Assembly: GCA_963725885.1 (NCBI GenBank)
Contig: CAVSAH010000003.1
Location: 449,697-513,696 of the forward strand
DNA from: an uncultured Chloroflexia bacterium
GTDB lineage: Bacteria; Chloroflexota; Limnocylindria; QHBO01
Length of the DNA: 64,000 nucleotides
Reading direction: 5' to 3'
The notes under the pieces are model-generated. The model was given only the letters and a program-made list of their open reading frames with translations. It had not been told where the DNA came from and did no database searches. Both the position numbers and the translations under genes were made by a program. Positions 27,690 to 36,963 of this stretch are shown here, piece by piece. Positions within the stretch are counted from its first letter, which is position 1. The number at the start of each line of letters is the position of its first letter.

Positions 27690-28335
27690 GGGGCTGGGCG
27701 GAAGTCGGCCAGTGACGCGGAAGCCGGATCTGCCGGCCGCCCTCAGCACGCTGGTTCCGCAGCGCCCGACTCCGGCACGCGCCGAGGTCGTCAGCGTCGA
27801 GTGGCTCTTCGAGCCGGCCTGGCCGGGGCGGCGGCTCATGGCCCGGCTGACCGATGGCGAGGTCACCCTCACCGATGAGACCGGTGAGCTCGCGTCGGAC
27901 GAGGACGCGGCCTCGGCGTCGATCATCCTCGCGGCGGGTCTCTCGGCCACGAGCGCCATGGTCGAGGTCATCTGGTCGCCGCTCGTGGCCAGCGCTCGGG
28001 GTGCCGGCGTCGTGGCGATCGATCTCGTTGAGCTCGACGGTGAGTGGCTGGCCGACGTCCCCTTCGCAGAGCGTCGTCGCCTGCTCGAGTCGATCGTGGA
28101 GCCGGGTGAGCGCCTTCGCATCGGGCCGCTCGTGAAGCACCCCGTCGATCGCTGGCTCGCCGGCTGGCATGAGAGCGGATTCACCCATTTCGTTGCACGG
28201 CATCAGAACTCCCCCTACCTGCCCGGGGAGGCCAACCCCGAGTGCCTGGAGGTCTCGATCGGGCCGCCGGCCCCGCCGGGGATGATGGCCCGGCTGACGG
28301 GCAGCCGCGAACGGGTGCGCCGCGTCCGCGACTGA
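27667..28335 (+). CDS. ATP-dependent-DNA-ligase-like protein lacking the catalytic motifs (start uncertain: ATG 27667 or GTG 27711)
   Basis: VEWLFEPAWPGRR replaces ExKxDGxR. VAIDLVELDGEWLADVPFAERRRLLESIV matches ligase motif IIIa and the following helix. GFTHFVARHQNSPYLPGE replaces EGxxxK..S.Y.PG.R. Paralogous to 58825-59520. Confidence 0.6.
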   Translation: MDPNLRDEGLGGSRPVTRKPDLPAALSTLVPQRPTPARAEVVSVEWLFEPAWPGRRLMARLTDGEVTLTDETGELASDEDAASASIILAAGLSATSAMVEVIWSPLVASARGAGVVAIDLVELDGEWLADVPFAERRRLLESIVEPGERLRIGPLVKHPVDRWLAGWHESGFTHFVARHQNSPYLPGEANPECLEVSIGPPAPPGMMARLTGSRERVRRVRD

Positions 28336-28360
28336 GAACGAGGGCCGCGACGAATCGCGG

Positions 28361-28369
28361 TGCTACCAT
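28361..28369 (+). promoter_or_regulatory. Extended -10 element TGCTACCAT upstream of the glycosyltransferase/gpgS/glxK cluster
   Basis: cgcggTGCTACCATcgg lies 50 nt before the GAGGAGG-CTG start region. Confidence 0.35.
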
Positions 28370-28418
28370 CGGTGCGCCCACCGAGATCCTCATCCGCCAG
28401 TCACCGAGGAGGCTCGTC

Positions 28419-29747
28419 CTGACGTCCACACCCCGCCCCGCCGCGCCATCGGCGCTCGATGCCGACGGGCTGGCCCAGGTGAGGCGCGTCGGCTCCGCCG
28501 ACCTCATGGTGGGGATCCCATCGTTCGGCAACGCCGAGACCATCGGCTACGTCGTGCGTGCCACGACGGCCGGGATGGTCCAGTACTTCCCTGAGCTCAA
28601 GCCGATCATGGTCAACTCGGACGGCGGATCGCCCGATGACACGCCGCGGGTGGCGGTGAGCACAGAGAGTCCCGACTACCTGGAGAAGGTGATCCTGGTC
28701 AGCCCGCGCCACAAGCTGCAGCGCATCAGCGTGACGTACCAGGGGACGAGCGGGAAGGGCACCGCGGTGCGCGCCCTGTTCGAGGTGGCCCGGGAGCTCA
28801 AGGTCAAGGCCATGGTGATGGTCGACTCCGACCTGCGCTCGATCGTGCCGGAGTGGGTGGAGCTGCTGGCCGGACCGATCCTGAAGGGCGGCTACGACTT
28901 CGTGGCGCCGATGTACGCGCGCTACAAGTACGACGGCACGATCACCAACAACATCAGCTACCCGCTCACCCGCGCGCTGTACGGGACACGCATCCGCCAG
29001 CCGATCGGCGGGGACTTCGGTGTCTCGGGGGACCTGGTGGCGCGCTACCTCGAGCTCGACTCGTTCGACGAGCTGTCCGCGCGGTTCGGGATCGACATCT
29101 GGATGACGCACTCGGCCATCAACGAGGGATTTGCCGTGTGCCAGGCCCGGCTCGGCGCGAAGATCCACGACGCCAAGGACCCGGCCAGCGACCTGGGGCC
29201 GATGTTCCGCCAGGTGGTCGGCACCCTGTTCAACCTCGCCGGCCGCTACGACGACCGCTGGCTGCGCATCCGTGGCTCGCACCCGATCCCCGAGTACGGC
29301 TTCGAGCGCGTCGTTGCGCCCGAGGCGATCAGCGTCAACCACGCCAAGCTCGTCGACAACCTCGAGCAGGCGCGTCTCACGCAGCGCGACACGTGGGCTG
29401 AGATGCTCGCCCCCGAGCAGCTCGAGCGGGTCATGTCGCTCGAGATCGGCTCGGATCCGACCGCCTTCCACTTCCCGGCCGAGCTGTGGATCCGCTGCCT
29501 CTACGACGCGCTGGTCGCGTTCCACCGGCCCGACACCGATCGCGAGCGCCATCTCGCCGCCCTTACGCCGCTGTACTTCGGCCGCACGGCCGGGTTCATC
29601 AGCGAGACGCTCGACCTGACGACGGACCAGGCCGAGCGGGTCATCGACGACCAGGCGCGGCAGTTCGAGGAGCTCAAGCCCTACCTCGTGACCCGCTGGA
29701 AGGCGGCTCAGGCTGGTGTCGCAAGCGGCGACGGAGCTGGCGGCTGA
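28419..29747 (+). CDS. GT2-like glycosyltransferase, glucosylglycerate-synthase-like (start uncertain: CTG 28419 behind GAGGAGG, or ATG 28506)
   Basis: LMVGIPSFGNAETIGYVVRA..NSDGGSPDDT..GTSGKGTAVRALF..VMVDSDLRSIVPEW..YARYKYDGTITNNISYPLTRALYGTRIRQPIGGDFGVSG. The stop overlaps the next ATG (TGATG). Confidence 0.6.
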   Translation: MTSTPRPAAPSALDADGLAQVRRVGSADLMVGIPSFGNAETIGYVVRATTAGMVQYFPELKPIMVNSDGGSPDDTPRVAVSTESPDYLEKVILVSPRHKLQRISVTYQGTSGKGTAVRALFEVARELKVKAMVMVDSDLRSIVPEWVELLAGPILKGGYDFVAPMYARYKYDGTITNNISYPLTRALYGTRIRQPIGGDFGVSGDLVARYLELDSFDELSARFGIDIWMTHSAINEGFAVCQARLGAKIHDAKDPASDLGPMFRQVVGTLFNLAGRYDDRWLRIRGSHPIPEYGFERVVAPEAISVNHAKLVDNLEQARLTQRDTWAEMLAPEQLERVMSLEIGSDPTAFHFPAELWIRCLYDALVAFHRPDTDRERHLAALTPLYFGRTAGFISETLDLTTDQAERVIDDQARQFEELKPYLVTRWKAAQAGVASGDGAGG

Positions 29748-31732
29748 TGCCGGCGGCGCGTGGCCGGCGGCCGTACCGGATCCTCATCCCACTCGCGAAC
29801 CCGCGCACGGCTCGTGACCTCGTGCGCATCGGTGCCGGGATCGCCAACGGCCGACGAACCGAGATCACCGCGCTCGGCATCGTCGAGGTGCCGGAGGCGG
29901 TGAGCCTGTCGGAGGGAGCCACGCAGGCGCGGACCGCGCGACGGCTGCTCCAGCGCGTCCTCGACTTCGGCGACGAGGAGTCGGTCGAGATCCGGACCCT
30001 GGTGCGCATCGGTCGCAATGCCGCAGACGGGGTGATCGAGACCGTCGGCGAGGAGGGCTCCGACCTCCTCATCTTCGGCTGGGGTGGTCCGCCGACCCCG
30101 ACCCAGACCGCACGCGCCGAGGCCGAGGCCACCGAGCTGACCCTGGCCGGGCAGCGGGCCCGCCCGCCCGCCGTCTTCTCCCCGACGATCGACGCCGTCG
30201 TGCGCGAGTCGCCGTGCGACATCGCTGTCGTCAAGCAACGCGGGCTCGATTCGGTGGGCTCGATCCTGGTCCCGGTGCGTGGCGGACCGCACGCCGAGCT
30301 GGCCATGCGCGTCAGCCGCGACCTGGCGAAGCGCTTCGGCGCGAAGATCGTCGTGCTCCACGTGGTCCCCAAGGGCATCGGCGAACGCGCCGTCGAGCGC
30401 GAGCAGGTCGCGATCGATGCCTTCGTCCGCGAGCATGCCGGTCCGCGGCGGGCCACCGGGCTTATCCGGGAAGCGGCCAGCGTGCGGAGCGCGATCGTGC
30501 GCGAGGCCAGCCGCCACGACCTCGTCGTGATGGGGGCATCGGCGCAGCCGACGAACGCCGCCCCGGATGGGCGCTACCTGTTCGGGACGCTGGCCGAGTC
30601 GGTGGCGACCAAGGCCAAGTCGACGGTTATCGTGGTCAAGACCCGGCAGGCCGTCGGCCTTGCCACCTTCGAGGAGCTCCGCGCCAGCGAGGGCACCCTT
30701 GCCCACGCCGATGCCTACGTCGAGCGCAGCCGCTCGCTCCCGGTCGTCGTCGACAAGTGGTTCGCCGAGAACACGTTCCACGCCCACGAGTTCTCCGACA
30801 TCCGCAAGCTGATGGCGCTCAAGGAGCGGCATAACCTCACGATCAGCGTCGGTCTGCCCGCGCTCAACGAGGAGAAGACAATCGGGACGGTCATCAAGCG
30901 CGTGCGGGGCGCGCTGATGGATCGGGTCCCGCTCATCGACCAGATGGTCGTCATCGACTCGATGAGCACGGACCGCACCGTCGAGATCGCCACCGACCTC
31001 GGCGTCCCGGTGTTCCGGCACCCGGAGATCCTGCCCGAGACCGGCTCGCATCGGGGCAAGGGCGAGGCGCTGTGGAAGAGCCTTCACGTGCTCGACGGCG
31101 ACATCGTGGCCTGGATCGACACCGACATCCGCAACATCCAGCCCCGTTTCGTGTACGGGCTGCTCGGGCCGCTCCTGGCCGAGCCGCAGCTGCGCTACGT
31201 GAAGGGCTTCTACCAGCGGCCGATTCGGTCCGGCGACGCGCTCCTCGCCGAGGGCGGGGGACGCGTGACCGAGCTCATGGCGCGCCCGCTCATCAACCTG
31301 TTCTTCCCCGAGCTCTCGGGCGTCATCCAGCCGCTGTCGGGCGAGTACGCCGGGCGGCGCGAGCTGCTGGAGCAGATGCCGTTCTTCACCGGCTACGCCG
31401 TCGAGATCGGCCTGCTCATCGACATCCTCGAGCACGCGGGCCTCGGGGCCATCGGGCAGGTCGACCTCGAACGTCGCATCCATCGCAACCAGCCGCTGCC
31501 CAACCTGTCGCAGATGGCCTACACGATCCTCCAGGGCGCGATCCGCAAGCTCGAGGAGCGGCATCGGATCGAGCTGCTCACCGAGGTCGGTCGCGGGATG
31601 AAGCTGATCAACACGGGCAAGGAGTCCTTCAACCTGGAGGTCCGCGAGATCGGCGACGACATCCGCCCGCCGATGGCGACCATCCCGGCCTACGTGGCGC
31701 GCCGCGCGGCCCTGGCACGCGGCTCGGCCTGA
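29747..31732 (+). CDS. gpgS: Tandem universal-stress-protein domains fused to glucosyl-3-phosphoglycerate synthase
   Basis: Intact 661 aa. USP-1 reads RILIPLANPRTARDL..SDLLIFGWGG. USP-2 reads SILVPVRGGPHAELA..HDLVVMGAS..STVIVVKTR. The GpgS core reads SVGLPALNEEKTIG..VVIDSMSTDRT..GKGEALWKSL..IVAWIDTDIRN..GGGRVTELMARPLINLFFPELSGVIQPLSGEYAGRR..GYAVEIGLLID..RIHRNQPL. Confidence 0.85.
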   Translation: MPAARGRRPYRILIPLANPRTARDLVRIGAGIANGRRTEITALGIVEVPEAVSLSEGATQARTARRLLQRVLDFGDEESVEIRTLVRIGRNAADGVIETVGEEGSDLLIFGWGGPPTPTQTARAEAEATELTLAGQRARPPAVFSPTIDAVVRESPCDIAVVKQRGLDSVGSILVPVRGGPHAELAMRVSRDLAKRFGAKIVVLHVVPKGIGERAVEREQVAIDAFVREHAGPRRATGLIREAASVRSAIVREASRHDLVVMGASAQPTNAAPDGRYLFGTLAESVATKAKSTVIVVKTRQAVGLATFEELRASEGTLAHADAYVERSRSLPVVVDKWFAENTFHAHEFSDIRKLMALKERHNLTISVGLPALNEEKTIGTVIKRVRGALMDRVPLIDQMVVIDSMSTDRTVEIATDLGVPVFRHPEILPETGSHRGKGEALWKSLHVLDGDIVAWIDTDIRNIQPRFVYGLLGPLLAEPQLRYVKGFYQRPIRSGDALLAEGGGRVTELMARPLINLFFPELSGVIQPLSGEYAGRRELLEQMPFFTGYAVEIGLLIDILEHAGLGAIGQVDLERRIHRNQPLPNLSQMAYTILQGAIRKLEERHRIELLTEVGRGMKLINTGKESFNLEVREIGDDIRPPMATIPAYVARRAALARGSA

Positions 31733-31742
31733 CCACCGCTCC

Positions 31743-32936
31743 ATGCCCGCCGAGCCCGGTCGCCGCCTTCGGGTCATCGTCGCCCCCGACTCGTTCGGCG
31801 GCGCGCTCGACTCGGTCGGCGTGGCAGCCGCGATCGCCGCAGGATGGTCGAGCGTCCGGCCAGACGACGAGGTCCTGCGCCGCCCCATGGCCGATGGCGG
31901 CGAAGGCACCCTGGCGGCCGTCGTCGCAGCCCTCGGCGACTCGGCAGAGCTGCGGACCCTCGACACGACGGATGCGCTCGGCAGGCCGATCACCGCCGAC
32001 TGGCTCCTGGTGGAGGACGGCCGGGGCGCGTTCATCGAGATGGCCGCCGCGTCCGGCCTCGCGCGGCTGGCGCCACACGAGCGCACACCGGAGAGTGCCC
32101 GACGCGCGACGACCCGCGGCACGGGCACCCTGCTGCGCGCTGCCCTCGACGCGGGCGTGGAACGAATCACCATCGGGCTCGGCGGATCGGCCACCACCGA
32201 TGGGGGATCGGGCCTCCTCCGCGAGCTCGGGCTCTCCCTCCTGGGCGACGCCGGCACCGAGCTGCCTGACGGCGGAGCGGCGCTGACGCGAGTCGGTCCC
32301 GGCAGCGGCGCAGCGGGCCTCGACGAGCGGCTTGCGCGGACCGAGATCGTGGTTGCGTCCGACGTGACGAATCCGTTGTGCGGCCCGCGCGGCGCGGCCG
32401 CCACGTATGGCCCGCAGAAGGGGGCCGACGACACGGCGGTTCTCGAGCTCGACTCGGCCCTCTCGGCATGGGGCGGGTTCATCGAGCGCGCGACGGGGCG
32501 TCTTGTGGCGGATCTGCCCGGAGCCGGAGCCGCTGGTGGCACCACGGCCGGGCTTCTTGGCTTCACCCGCGCCGTGGTGCGGCCAGGCGTCGAGGTCGTC
32601 GCCGAGCTGGTCGGCCTGCATGCGGCGCTCGAGACGGCCGACCTCGTCATCACCGGCGAGGGACGCGCCGATGCGCAGACCCTCCACGGCAAGGCCGCGA
32701 TCGGCGTGGCCACGCTGGCCCGCTCCCGCGAGGCGCCCGTGGTCCTCCTGTGCGGTGCCCTCGGCGAGGGCGCCGAGGCGCTCGACACGGCCACCGCAAT
32801 CTCGCTGGTCCAGCCGATCCTCGACCGCCCGCTCGACCTCGCCGACGCTATGGCCGGCACCGAGCGGCTGCTGACGGCCGCCGCGGGCCGGCTCGCCCGC
32901 GCGGTGGGCATCGGCCTGGAGCTGGCGCGCCGCTAG
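31743..32936 (+). CDS. glxK: Glycerate kinase
   Basis: Intact 397 aa: VIVAPDSFGGALDS..MADGGEGTL..IGLGGSATTDGGSGLL..DVTNPLCGPRGAAATYGPQKGA..PGAGAAGGT..DLVITGEGRADAQTLHGKA. Confidence 0.9.
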   Translation: MPAEPGRRLRVIVAPDSFGGALDSVGVAAAIAAGWSSVRPDDEVLRRPMADGGEGTLAAVVAALGDSAELRTLDTTDALGRPITADWLLVEDGRGAFIEMAAASGLARLAPHERTPESARRATTRGTGTLLRAALDAGVERITIGLGGSATTDGGSGLLRELGLSLLGDAGTELPDGGAALTRVGPGSGAAGLDERLARTEIVVASDVTNPLCGPRGAAATYGPQKGADDTAVLELDSALSAWGGFIERATGRLVADLPGAGAAGGTTAGLLGFTRAVVRPGVEVVAELVGLHAALETADLVITGEGRADAQTLHGKAAIGVATLARSREAPVVLLCGALGEGAEALDTATAISLVQPILDRPLDLADAMAGTERLLTAAAGRLARAVGIGLELARR

Positions 32937-32948
32937 GCGCATCGATCC

Positions 32949-33770
32949 ATGGCCCGGGGTCCCAGCCCGCAGAAGCGCGCTGCCGATCGGCGCAAACGTC
33001 GACGCCTCGCCGACGTCGTCCTCGATCGGCTCGGCGAGCGGTACGAGCATCCGACTTGGGCCGGGCCGCGGGTCGACACCGTCAGCGAGCTGGTCCTGAC
33101 GATCCTGTCCCAGAACACCGCGGACATCAACTCGTTCCGCGCCTTCACGGCGCTGCGGGTCGCCTACGCCGACTGGGACGCGGTGCTCGCCGCTCCCACC
33201 GACGAGCTGGAGGACGTCATCCGGCCCGGTGGCCTGGCGCCCACCAAATCGCGCCGCATCCAGCACGTCCTGGCCGAGGTGCACTCCGCGACGGACGGCA
33301 CCTGGGACCTCGGCTTCCTGGGCGAGTGGCCGCTGCAAGAGGCGCGCGAGTGGCTCACCTCACTGACGGGCATCGGCCGCAAGACCGCGTCGATCATCCT
33401 CCTGTTCGGCTTCGGACGCCCCGCGATGCCGGTCGACACGCACGTTCACCGTGTCACGACGCGCCTCGGGATGCTGCCCCCGCGCACGCCGCTGCCGAAG
33501 GCCCACGACCTGCTCGAGGAGGTGCTCGAGCCGGACGAGATGTACCCGTTCCACGTCGAGACCATCCGCCATGGTCGTGACACCTGCCGTGCCCCGCGCC
33601 CGATCTGCGGCCTCTGCCCCCTGACCGATGTCTGCGCCTACTTCGTCCTGGCGGAGAAGGGCAGGGTGCCGATGGCGCCGGTGCCGAGGGCCCCTCCGGC
33701 GGGCGGCCCGCCGCGGTACCACGACGAGCTCATCCACGGCTGGCCGGCGCCCGAGGCGCGAGCGTCCTAG
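32949..33770 (+). CDS. nth: Endonuclease III-like HhH-GPD DNA glycosylase with a 4Fe-4S cluster loop
   Basis: Intact 273 aa: LVLTILSQNT..LTSLTGIGRKTASIILLFGFGRPAMPVDTHVHRV..CRAPRPICGLCPLTDVC. Confidence 0.85.
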   Translation: MARGPSPQKRAADRRKRRRLADVVLDRLGERYEHPTWAGPRVDTVSELVLTILSQNTADINSFRAFTALRVAYADWDAVLAAPTDELEDVIRPGGLAPTKSRRIQHVLAEVHSATDGTWDLGFLGEWPLQEAREWLTSLTGIGRKTASIILLFGFGRPAMPVDTHVHRVTTRLGMLPPRTPLPKAHDLLEEVLEPDEMYPFHVETIRHGRDTCRAPRPICGLCPLTDVCAYFVLAEKGRVPMAPVPRAPPAGGPPRYHDELIHGWPAPEARAS

Positions 33771-35450
33771 CCGCGCAGGTCCCGCCGGCTGAAGCCCCAC
33801 GTGCCGATAAGCACGCCCCCGACAGCGAGGGCGAGGCTGGCAACGATCCCCACTGCATCCCAGCTGCCGACCATCGGCTGGCCGTAGTGTGAGGTCAGCG
33901 CCAGGTCGCGGATCAGCTGGGGAAGCCCGAGCATCGGTCCCAGCAGCTGGATGAACCACGTCACCACGACGAACACGACCACGACCGTCGCGGCGAAGCG
34001 CGTGCCGATCACGCCGCCGACAGCATGCCCGATGCCCGCCAGCGCTCCCGCGTACAGCCCGAGCACCAGCGCGCCAAGCAGCGGCGTCGCGACGTCGCTG
34101 CCGGTGGTCGCCACGCCGATGGCGATCCCGGACGCGGTGAGCGCCACGAACACGGCCACGTTGACGAACATGCCCGATGCCGCCGGCGAGCGCCCAGCGA
34201 GCCCGGCCGAGAGGCGTGGCGAGGACCATCTCGAGCCGTCCCGACGTCTCGTCCGACGCCCAGCCGCCGACCAACGACGCGGCCGCGAGACCGGCGAGGA
34301 TGATCCCGAACTCGACGAACAGCAGCTGGAGGAACCCGCCCGGCGCTGGCGTAGTCGACGTTCGGAAAGACGGTCGACAGCAGCTCGATGAACTGCGGAG
34401 AGTCCTGCAGCTGCTCCATGAAGCCGCTGGCCGCGCTGCCCAGGACCAGGCCGAAGAATCCGACGCCGATGCCCCAGGCGAGCGACTCGCGCCGAGGTTG
34501 GTGCTGATCGCGCGACCCAGTCGGCCCACCGAGCCCCAGCAGCGGGCGCGGCATGGATGGCGTGGGCAGCGCCGTCGTGACGCCGATGTCCCGGCGAGCG
34601 AAGGCCTCGATCCCCACCACCAGCAGCGCGACGACCACGAGCGCCACGAGGGCCACCGACGCCCAGTCGTATTGGCCGGCGAGCGCGACGTGGTCGTAGG
34701 TCCAGCCCCACCAGGTCAGGTTCGCGAACGGAGCCAGCTCGGGGACCGGCGCCCGGTAGCCGTTCACGATGAACCCGGCGAATGTCACGGCACCGGCGAT
34801 CCCGGCCGCCGCCCCGCGTCCCACGAACGGCGCCGAGCGCGAACGCCAGCGCCCCGCCGGCCAACGCGATCAGCCCCAACCAGACGGCGTAGCCGAAGGC
34901 GGAGAGGACGCTGATCTCGTCGCCCGCCAGCGCTGCGAACGCGCTGCCGGCGTAGGCAATCGCCACGAAGACCACCAGCACGACCAGGCCCATCATCAGG
35001 AGGTGACCCGACAGCTTCTCGAGCGCGATGCGCCGTCGCGATCGGCCGGTGACGGCGACGAACTCGAGGCTGCCGCGCTGCGACTCGCCGGCGAGCGTCC
35101 CCGATAGCGCGAGGATCGACCACAGCGCAGAGCACGAGCGGGAAGAAGACGCCGTACTTGTACTGGAGGTACCCGCCCAGCGTCCCGACGTTGACGACCT
35201 GGCCGGCCATGCCCTGGAGGATCGGTGGCACGGCGTTGACCAGGTTCTCGAGCTCCTCGCGCGATTGCGGCGTGTCGAACTCCGCGGTGATGGCGCGGCT
35301 GACGCCGACGAAGACGAGCGCGAGCCCGATTGCGGCGATGATCGTCGCGCGCCGCGAGTCGCGGACGGTCTTGGCGAAGATGCTGCCCAGGCCGTACACG
35401 CGGCTCAGCGCCGAGGGGCCGCGCGAGACGGCCGGTGACGCGGTCGTCAT
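33767..35450 (-). CDS. ABC-2 type exporter permease, double-length (4 frame breaks)
   Basis: MTTASPAVSR..IFAKTVRDSRR..YKYGVFFPLVLC / LWSILALSGTLAGESQRGSLEFV..MMGLVVLVVF.. / VGRGAAAGIAGAVTFAGFIV..FPNVDYASAG / GFLQLLFVEFGIILAGLAAASLVGGWASDETSGRLEMVLATP / MFVNVAVFVAL..SHYGQPMVG... Breaks near 35125, 34828, 34338 and 34173. Confidence 0.7.
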
Positions 35451-36363
35451 CGGGCCACTGCCTCCGCCTCTGTCCTGTCCTTGCCGTACTCGGCCAGGAA
35501 GGTCTCCTCCAGCGACGGCTCGCGGCTGACGAAGTCGGCAAGCTCGTATCGGGCGGCCGCGCGGACGACGGGCGCGATGTTGCCCGACACGCGCATGCGG
35601 AGGACGTGGTCCTCCGACGTCACATCGCTGACGCCGGGGATGCCCTCGAACTCGGCGATGGGCACCGGCCCGGTGAACACGAGCTCGACGGTGTGGTGGG
35701 CCAGGTCGCGGAGCGCATCGGTCCGATCGACGCGAACGAGGCGGCCGTCGCGAATGATGGCCACGCGATCGCAGGTCCGCTCCACCTCGGAGAGGATGTG
35801 CGAGGAGAGGAAGACCGTGCGGCCCTCCTCCTTGGCCTCCCGGATGATGCTGTAGAACTCCTGCTGCACCAGCGGGTCGAGGCCCGATGTCGGCTCGTCG
35901 AGCATCAGCAGGTCCGGCCGATGCTGGAGCGCGATGATCAGGCCGATCTTCTGCTTGTTGCCCTTGGAGTACTCACGGAACTTCCGCGACGAGGTCGACG
36001 TCGAGGCGCTCGACGAGCGCGGCCTGGTAGGCAGCGTCCACACCGTCCCGCAGGTTAGCGAAGTACTCGATCGTCTGGCCGCCGGTCAGCTTGTCGTACA
36101 ACGTGAACTCGCCGGGCAGGTAGCCGACGCGCCGATGGATGGCCACCGGGTCGACTGTCGTCTCGATCCCGAACACCGTCGCCCGCCCGCTGGTCGGCCG
36201 GATGTGGTCGAGGAGCGTGCGGATCATCGTCGTCTTGCCGGCCCCGTTGGGGCCGAGGAAGCCGAACGCCTCGTTCTCGGCGACCTCGAGGTCGACCTCG
36301 ACGATGCCACGGTGGCTGCCGTAGCTCTTGGTGAGCTTGCTGGGTCTGGATGACCGCTGTCAT
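35447..36363 (-). CDS. ABC transporter ATP-binding protein (2 frame breaks)
   Basis: MTAVIQTQQ / LTKSYGSHRGIVEVDLEV..FGFLGPNGAGKTTMIRTLL.. / ..YSKGNKQKIGLIIALQHRPDLLMLDEPTSGLDP..TVFLSSHIL. Breaks near 36336 and 35990. ATGA overlaps on both sides. Confidence 0.88.
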
Positions 36364-36866
36364 GCGGTTGCTGCTTCCTTTCGTGCGCCGATGCCGTCGC
36401 CGGCATCGGTCCTGGTCTCGTCTTGGTGCATGCGCTCGAGGATCGAGGGCCACTCCCGCTCGAAGAACCCGTAGAAGTCGCGGATCTCGCGGAGCCGAGC
36501 CTGCGCCTCGGGCGGCCGATCCGCGATCAGCGCGAGCCCCTCCTCGGCCACCTCCCGCGTCTGTCGCAGGCGGTAGACGGCGATCTCCATCAGGCGATGC
36601 AGGTTGTCGTTGGGGATGCTGAACACTTCGCGCCGATCTCGCGGACGGGTGGAGCGTCGGATCAGGCCGGCGTGCTCCAGCAGGCGGGCGCTGCCACTGA
36701 CCGAACCGCGGCTGGCCTGGAGTCGTTCGGCGATCTCGCCGGCGGTGCGCTCGGGCGGGTCGCAGATGGCGAGATAGGCCCACATCCGCCCGGCCATGGG
36801 TGGCATGCCGGCGCCGATGACTCGCGCCGCCGCCTCGATGAAGGAGTCCTCGTCCGTGATCTGCAT
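36360..36866 (-). CDS. MarR/GbsR-type winged-helix transcriptional regulator
   Basis: Intact 168 aa: MPPMAGRMWAYLAICDPPERTAGEIAERLQASRGSVSGSARLLEHAGLIRR. First gene of the regulator-ABC ATPase-permease operon. Confidence 0.7.
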   Translation of the reverse strand: MQITDEDSFIEAAARVIGAGMPPMAGRMWAYLAICDPPERTAGEIAERLQASRGSVSGSARLLEHAGLIRRSTRPRDRREVFSIPNDNLHRLMEIAVYRLRQTREVAEEGLALIADRPPEAQARLREIRDFYGFFEREWPSILERMHQDETRTDAGDGIGARKEAATA

Positions 36867-36872
36867 GGCTCG

Positions 36873-36901
36873 ACGCTACGCCGATCAGAACGTTCAGTCA
36901 A
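36873..36901 (-). promoter_or_regulatory. Promoter of the MarR-like operon: -35 TTGACT, 17-nt spacer, -10 TAGCGT, ATG 6 nt downstream (leaderless)
   Basis: Minus strand reads tcTTGACTgaacgttctgatcggcgTAGCGTcgagccATG. Confidence 0.5.
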
Positions 36902-36909
36902 GACTGAAC
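36892..36909. promoter_or_regulatory. Perfect 8-2-8 inverted repeat GTTCAGTCaaGACTGAAC, candidate operator overlapping the -35 box
   Basis: Read directly from the sequence. It sits between the divergent MarR-like gene and tRNA-Thr. Confidence 0.5.
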
Positions 36910-36943
36910 CAAATGATCACGTCTTGCGACGAGGACGATCGGC

Positions 36944-36949
36944 TAGAAT
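36944..36949 (+). promoter_or_regulatory. Candidate -10 element (TAGAAT) 14 nt upstream of tRNA-Thr
   Basis: gatcggcTAGAATcggcgttcgcgcgg, followed by the tRNA 5' end. Confidence 0.35.
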
Positions 36950-36963
36950 CGGCGTTCGCGCGG

